DNA of 64,000 nt from Lingula anatina (Eukaryota; Animalia; Brachiopoda), in the NCBI GenBank assembly GCA_051362555.1, contig JBPQGU010000013.1, positions 310,001-374,000 of the forward strand, given 5' to 3'. The notes beneath the pieces were generated by a model. That model was not told where the DNA came from and searched no databases. It saw only the letters and a program-made list of their open reading frames with translations. Position numbers and translations under genes: made by a program. Shown here piece after piece: positions 62,301 through 64,000 of this stretch. Each line of letters opens with the position of its first letter. Position 1 is the stretch's first letter.

Positions 62301-64000
62301 ATTAAGGAAGAAATAGAGCAAAAACTCTCTCTCCCCCCCCCCTCTCAGATTCTGTTCTCAGAGCTTATTTTTGGATCATCTTTAAAGGTAGAATTGGGGG
62401 CCTTGATGAAGTGACCCGGGCGCCTTTCCACATTTTTTATGAATGACAGGTGTGGTAGATTGATTTTCGTCACTTTTTGGAAAAATCGGAGAAGGGTCGA
62501 TTTTTGGTGATTTTGAGTGATTTTGAACAGTGCCGGCACTGTGAGATTTCTTCAATTTTGGCCAGGTAGGGATGAAAATTTTTTTTCTTCATTATAGTGT
62601 CAGGTAGGTGTGTTCGGTCATTTGTAGTAAGAATAAAGTGCTGGAAGAGTGGTGGTGTCAACATTAAGGAAGAAATAGAGCAAAAACTCTCTCTCCCCCC
62701 CCCCCTCTCAGATTCTGTTCTCAGAGCTTATTTTTGGATCATCTTTAAAGCTAGAATTGGGGGCCTTGATGAAGTGACCCGGGCGCGTTTCCACATTTTT
62801 TATGAATGACAGGTGTGGTAGATTGATTTTCGTCACTTTTTGGAAAAATCGGAGACGGGTCGATATTTGGTGATTTTGAGTGATTTTGAACAGTGCCGGC
62901 ACTGTGAGATTTCTTCAATTTTGGCCAGGTAGGGATGAAAATTTTTTTTCTTCATTATAGTGTCAGGTAGGTGTGTTCGGTCATTTGTAGTAAGAATAAA
63001 GTGCTGGAAGAGTGGTGGTGTCAACATTAAGGAAGAAATAGAGCAAAAACTCTCTCTCCCCCCCCCCTCTCAGATTCTGTTCTCAGAGCTTATTTTTGGA
63101 TCATCTTTAAAGCAAGAATTGGGGGCCTTGATGAAGTGACCCGGGCGCGTTTCCACATTTTTTATGAATGACAGGTGTGGTAGATTGCTTTTCGTCACTT
63201 TTTGGAAAAATCGGAGACGGGTCGATTTTTGGTGATTTTGAGTGATTTTGAACAGTGCCGGCACTGTGAGATTTCTTCAATTTTGGCCAGGTAGGGATGA
63301 AAATTTTTTTTCTTCATTATAGTGTCAGGTAGGTGTGTTCGGTCATTTGTAGTAAGAATAAAGTGCTGGAAGAGTGGTGGTGTCAACATTAAGGAAGAAA
63401 TAGAGCAAAAACTCTCTCTCCCCCCCCTCTCAGATTCTGTTCTCAGAGCTTATTTTTGGATCATCTTTAAAGCTAGAATTGGGTGCCTTGATGAAGTGAC
63501 CCGGGCGCATTTCCACATTTTTTATGAATGACAGGTGTGGTAGATTGATTTTCGTCACTTTTTGGAAAAATCGGAGACGGGTTGATTTTTGGTGATTTTG
63601 AGTGATTTTGAACAGTGCCGGCACTGTGAGATTTCTTCAATTTTGGCCAGGTAGGGATGAAAATTTTTTTTCTTCATTATAGTGTCAGGTAGGTGTGTTC
63701 GGTCATTTGTAGTAAGAATAAAGTGCTGGAAGAGTGGTGGTGTCAACATTAAGGAAGAAATAGCGCAAAAACTCTCTCTCCCCCCCCCCTCTCAGATTCT
63801 GTTCTCAGAGCTTATTTTTGGATCATCTTTAAAGCTAGAATTGGGGGCCTTGATGAAGTGACCCGGGCGCGTTTCCACATTTTTTATGAATGACAGGTGT
63901 GGTAGATTGATTTTCGTCACTTTTTGGAAAAATCGGAGACGGGTCGATTTTTGGTGATTTTGAGTGATTTTGAACAGTGCCGGCACTGTGAGATTTCTTC
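26261..64000. repeat. ~362-bp satellite array, ~104 head-to-tail monomers, continuing beyond the window
   Basis: Unit caggtagggatgaaaatttt...ttcaattttggc recurs every ~359-370 bp; length variation lies mostly in the poly-C tract; monomers differ by only a few substitutions. Confidence 0.99.

Noticed and set aside
26448-63986. About 150 short ORFs (MLTPPLFQHF..., MSGRCVRSF..., MPALFKITQ...) as a tandem gene family
   Set aside because: By-products of the satellite: frames break freely at homopolymers on both strands and no domain is recognisable.
26261-64000. Satellite as a tandem SL RNA, snRNA or 5S gene array (AATTTTGG Sm-like sites, CAG|GTAGG donors)
   Set aside because: Such motifs are expected by chance in T-tract-rich DNA, and I recognised no 5S, U snRNA or leader sequence. 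An Infernal/Rfam scan plus small-RNA data would settle it.

Overview
Eukaryotic DNA, AT-rich with GT-AG introns; the repeat types suggest a marine invertebrate, probably a mollusc or other lophotrochozoan (inference). Left 26 kb: (1) a spliced minus-strand putative DDE transposase (DUF6729-like) running off the left edge; (2) orphan plus-strand exons and a broken KIFC3-like kinesin fragment among Helentron/HINE-like elements, with 146-bp and 53-bp tandem arrays; (3) an intact 8-exon gene (345 aa) joining an hnRNP C/RALY-type RRM to two BCL11-like zinc fingers and an acidic tail; (4) in its intron 2, a near-complete CR1/L2-group LINE with a hydrophobic leader, 2A-like motif, PHD, APE and RT, and one frameshift; (5) several MITEs; (6) an intronless DxD glycosyltransferase-like ORF whose 5' end is cut by, and fused in frame to, a satellite. 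From 26261 to the end is a very homogeneous ~362-bp satellite (~104 monomers) with multi-monomer duplication blocks. All family assignments come from motif recognition by eye; no database searches were run.
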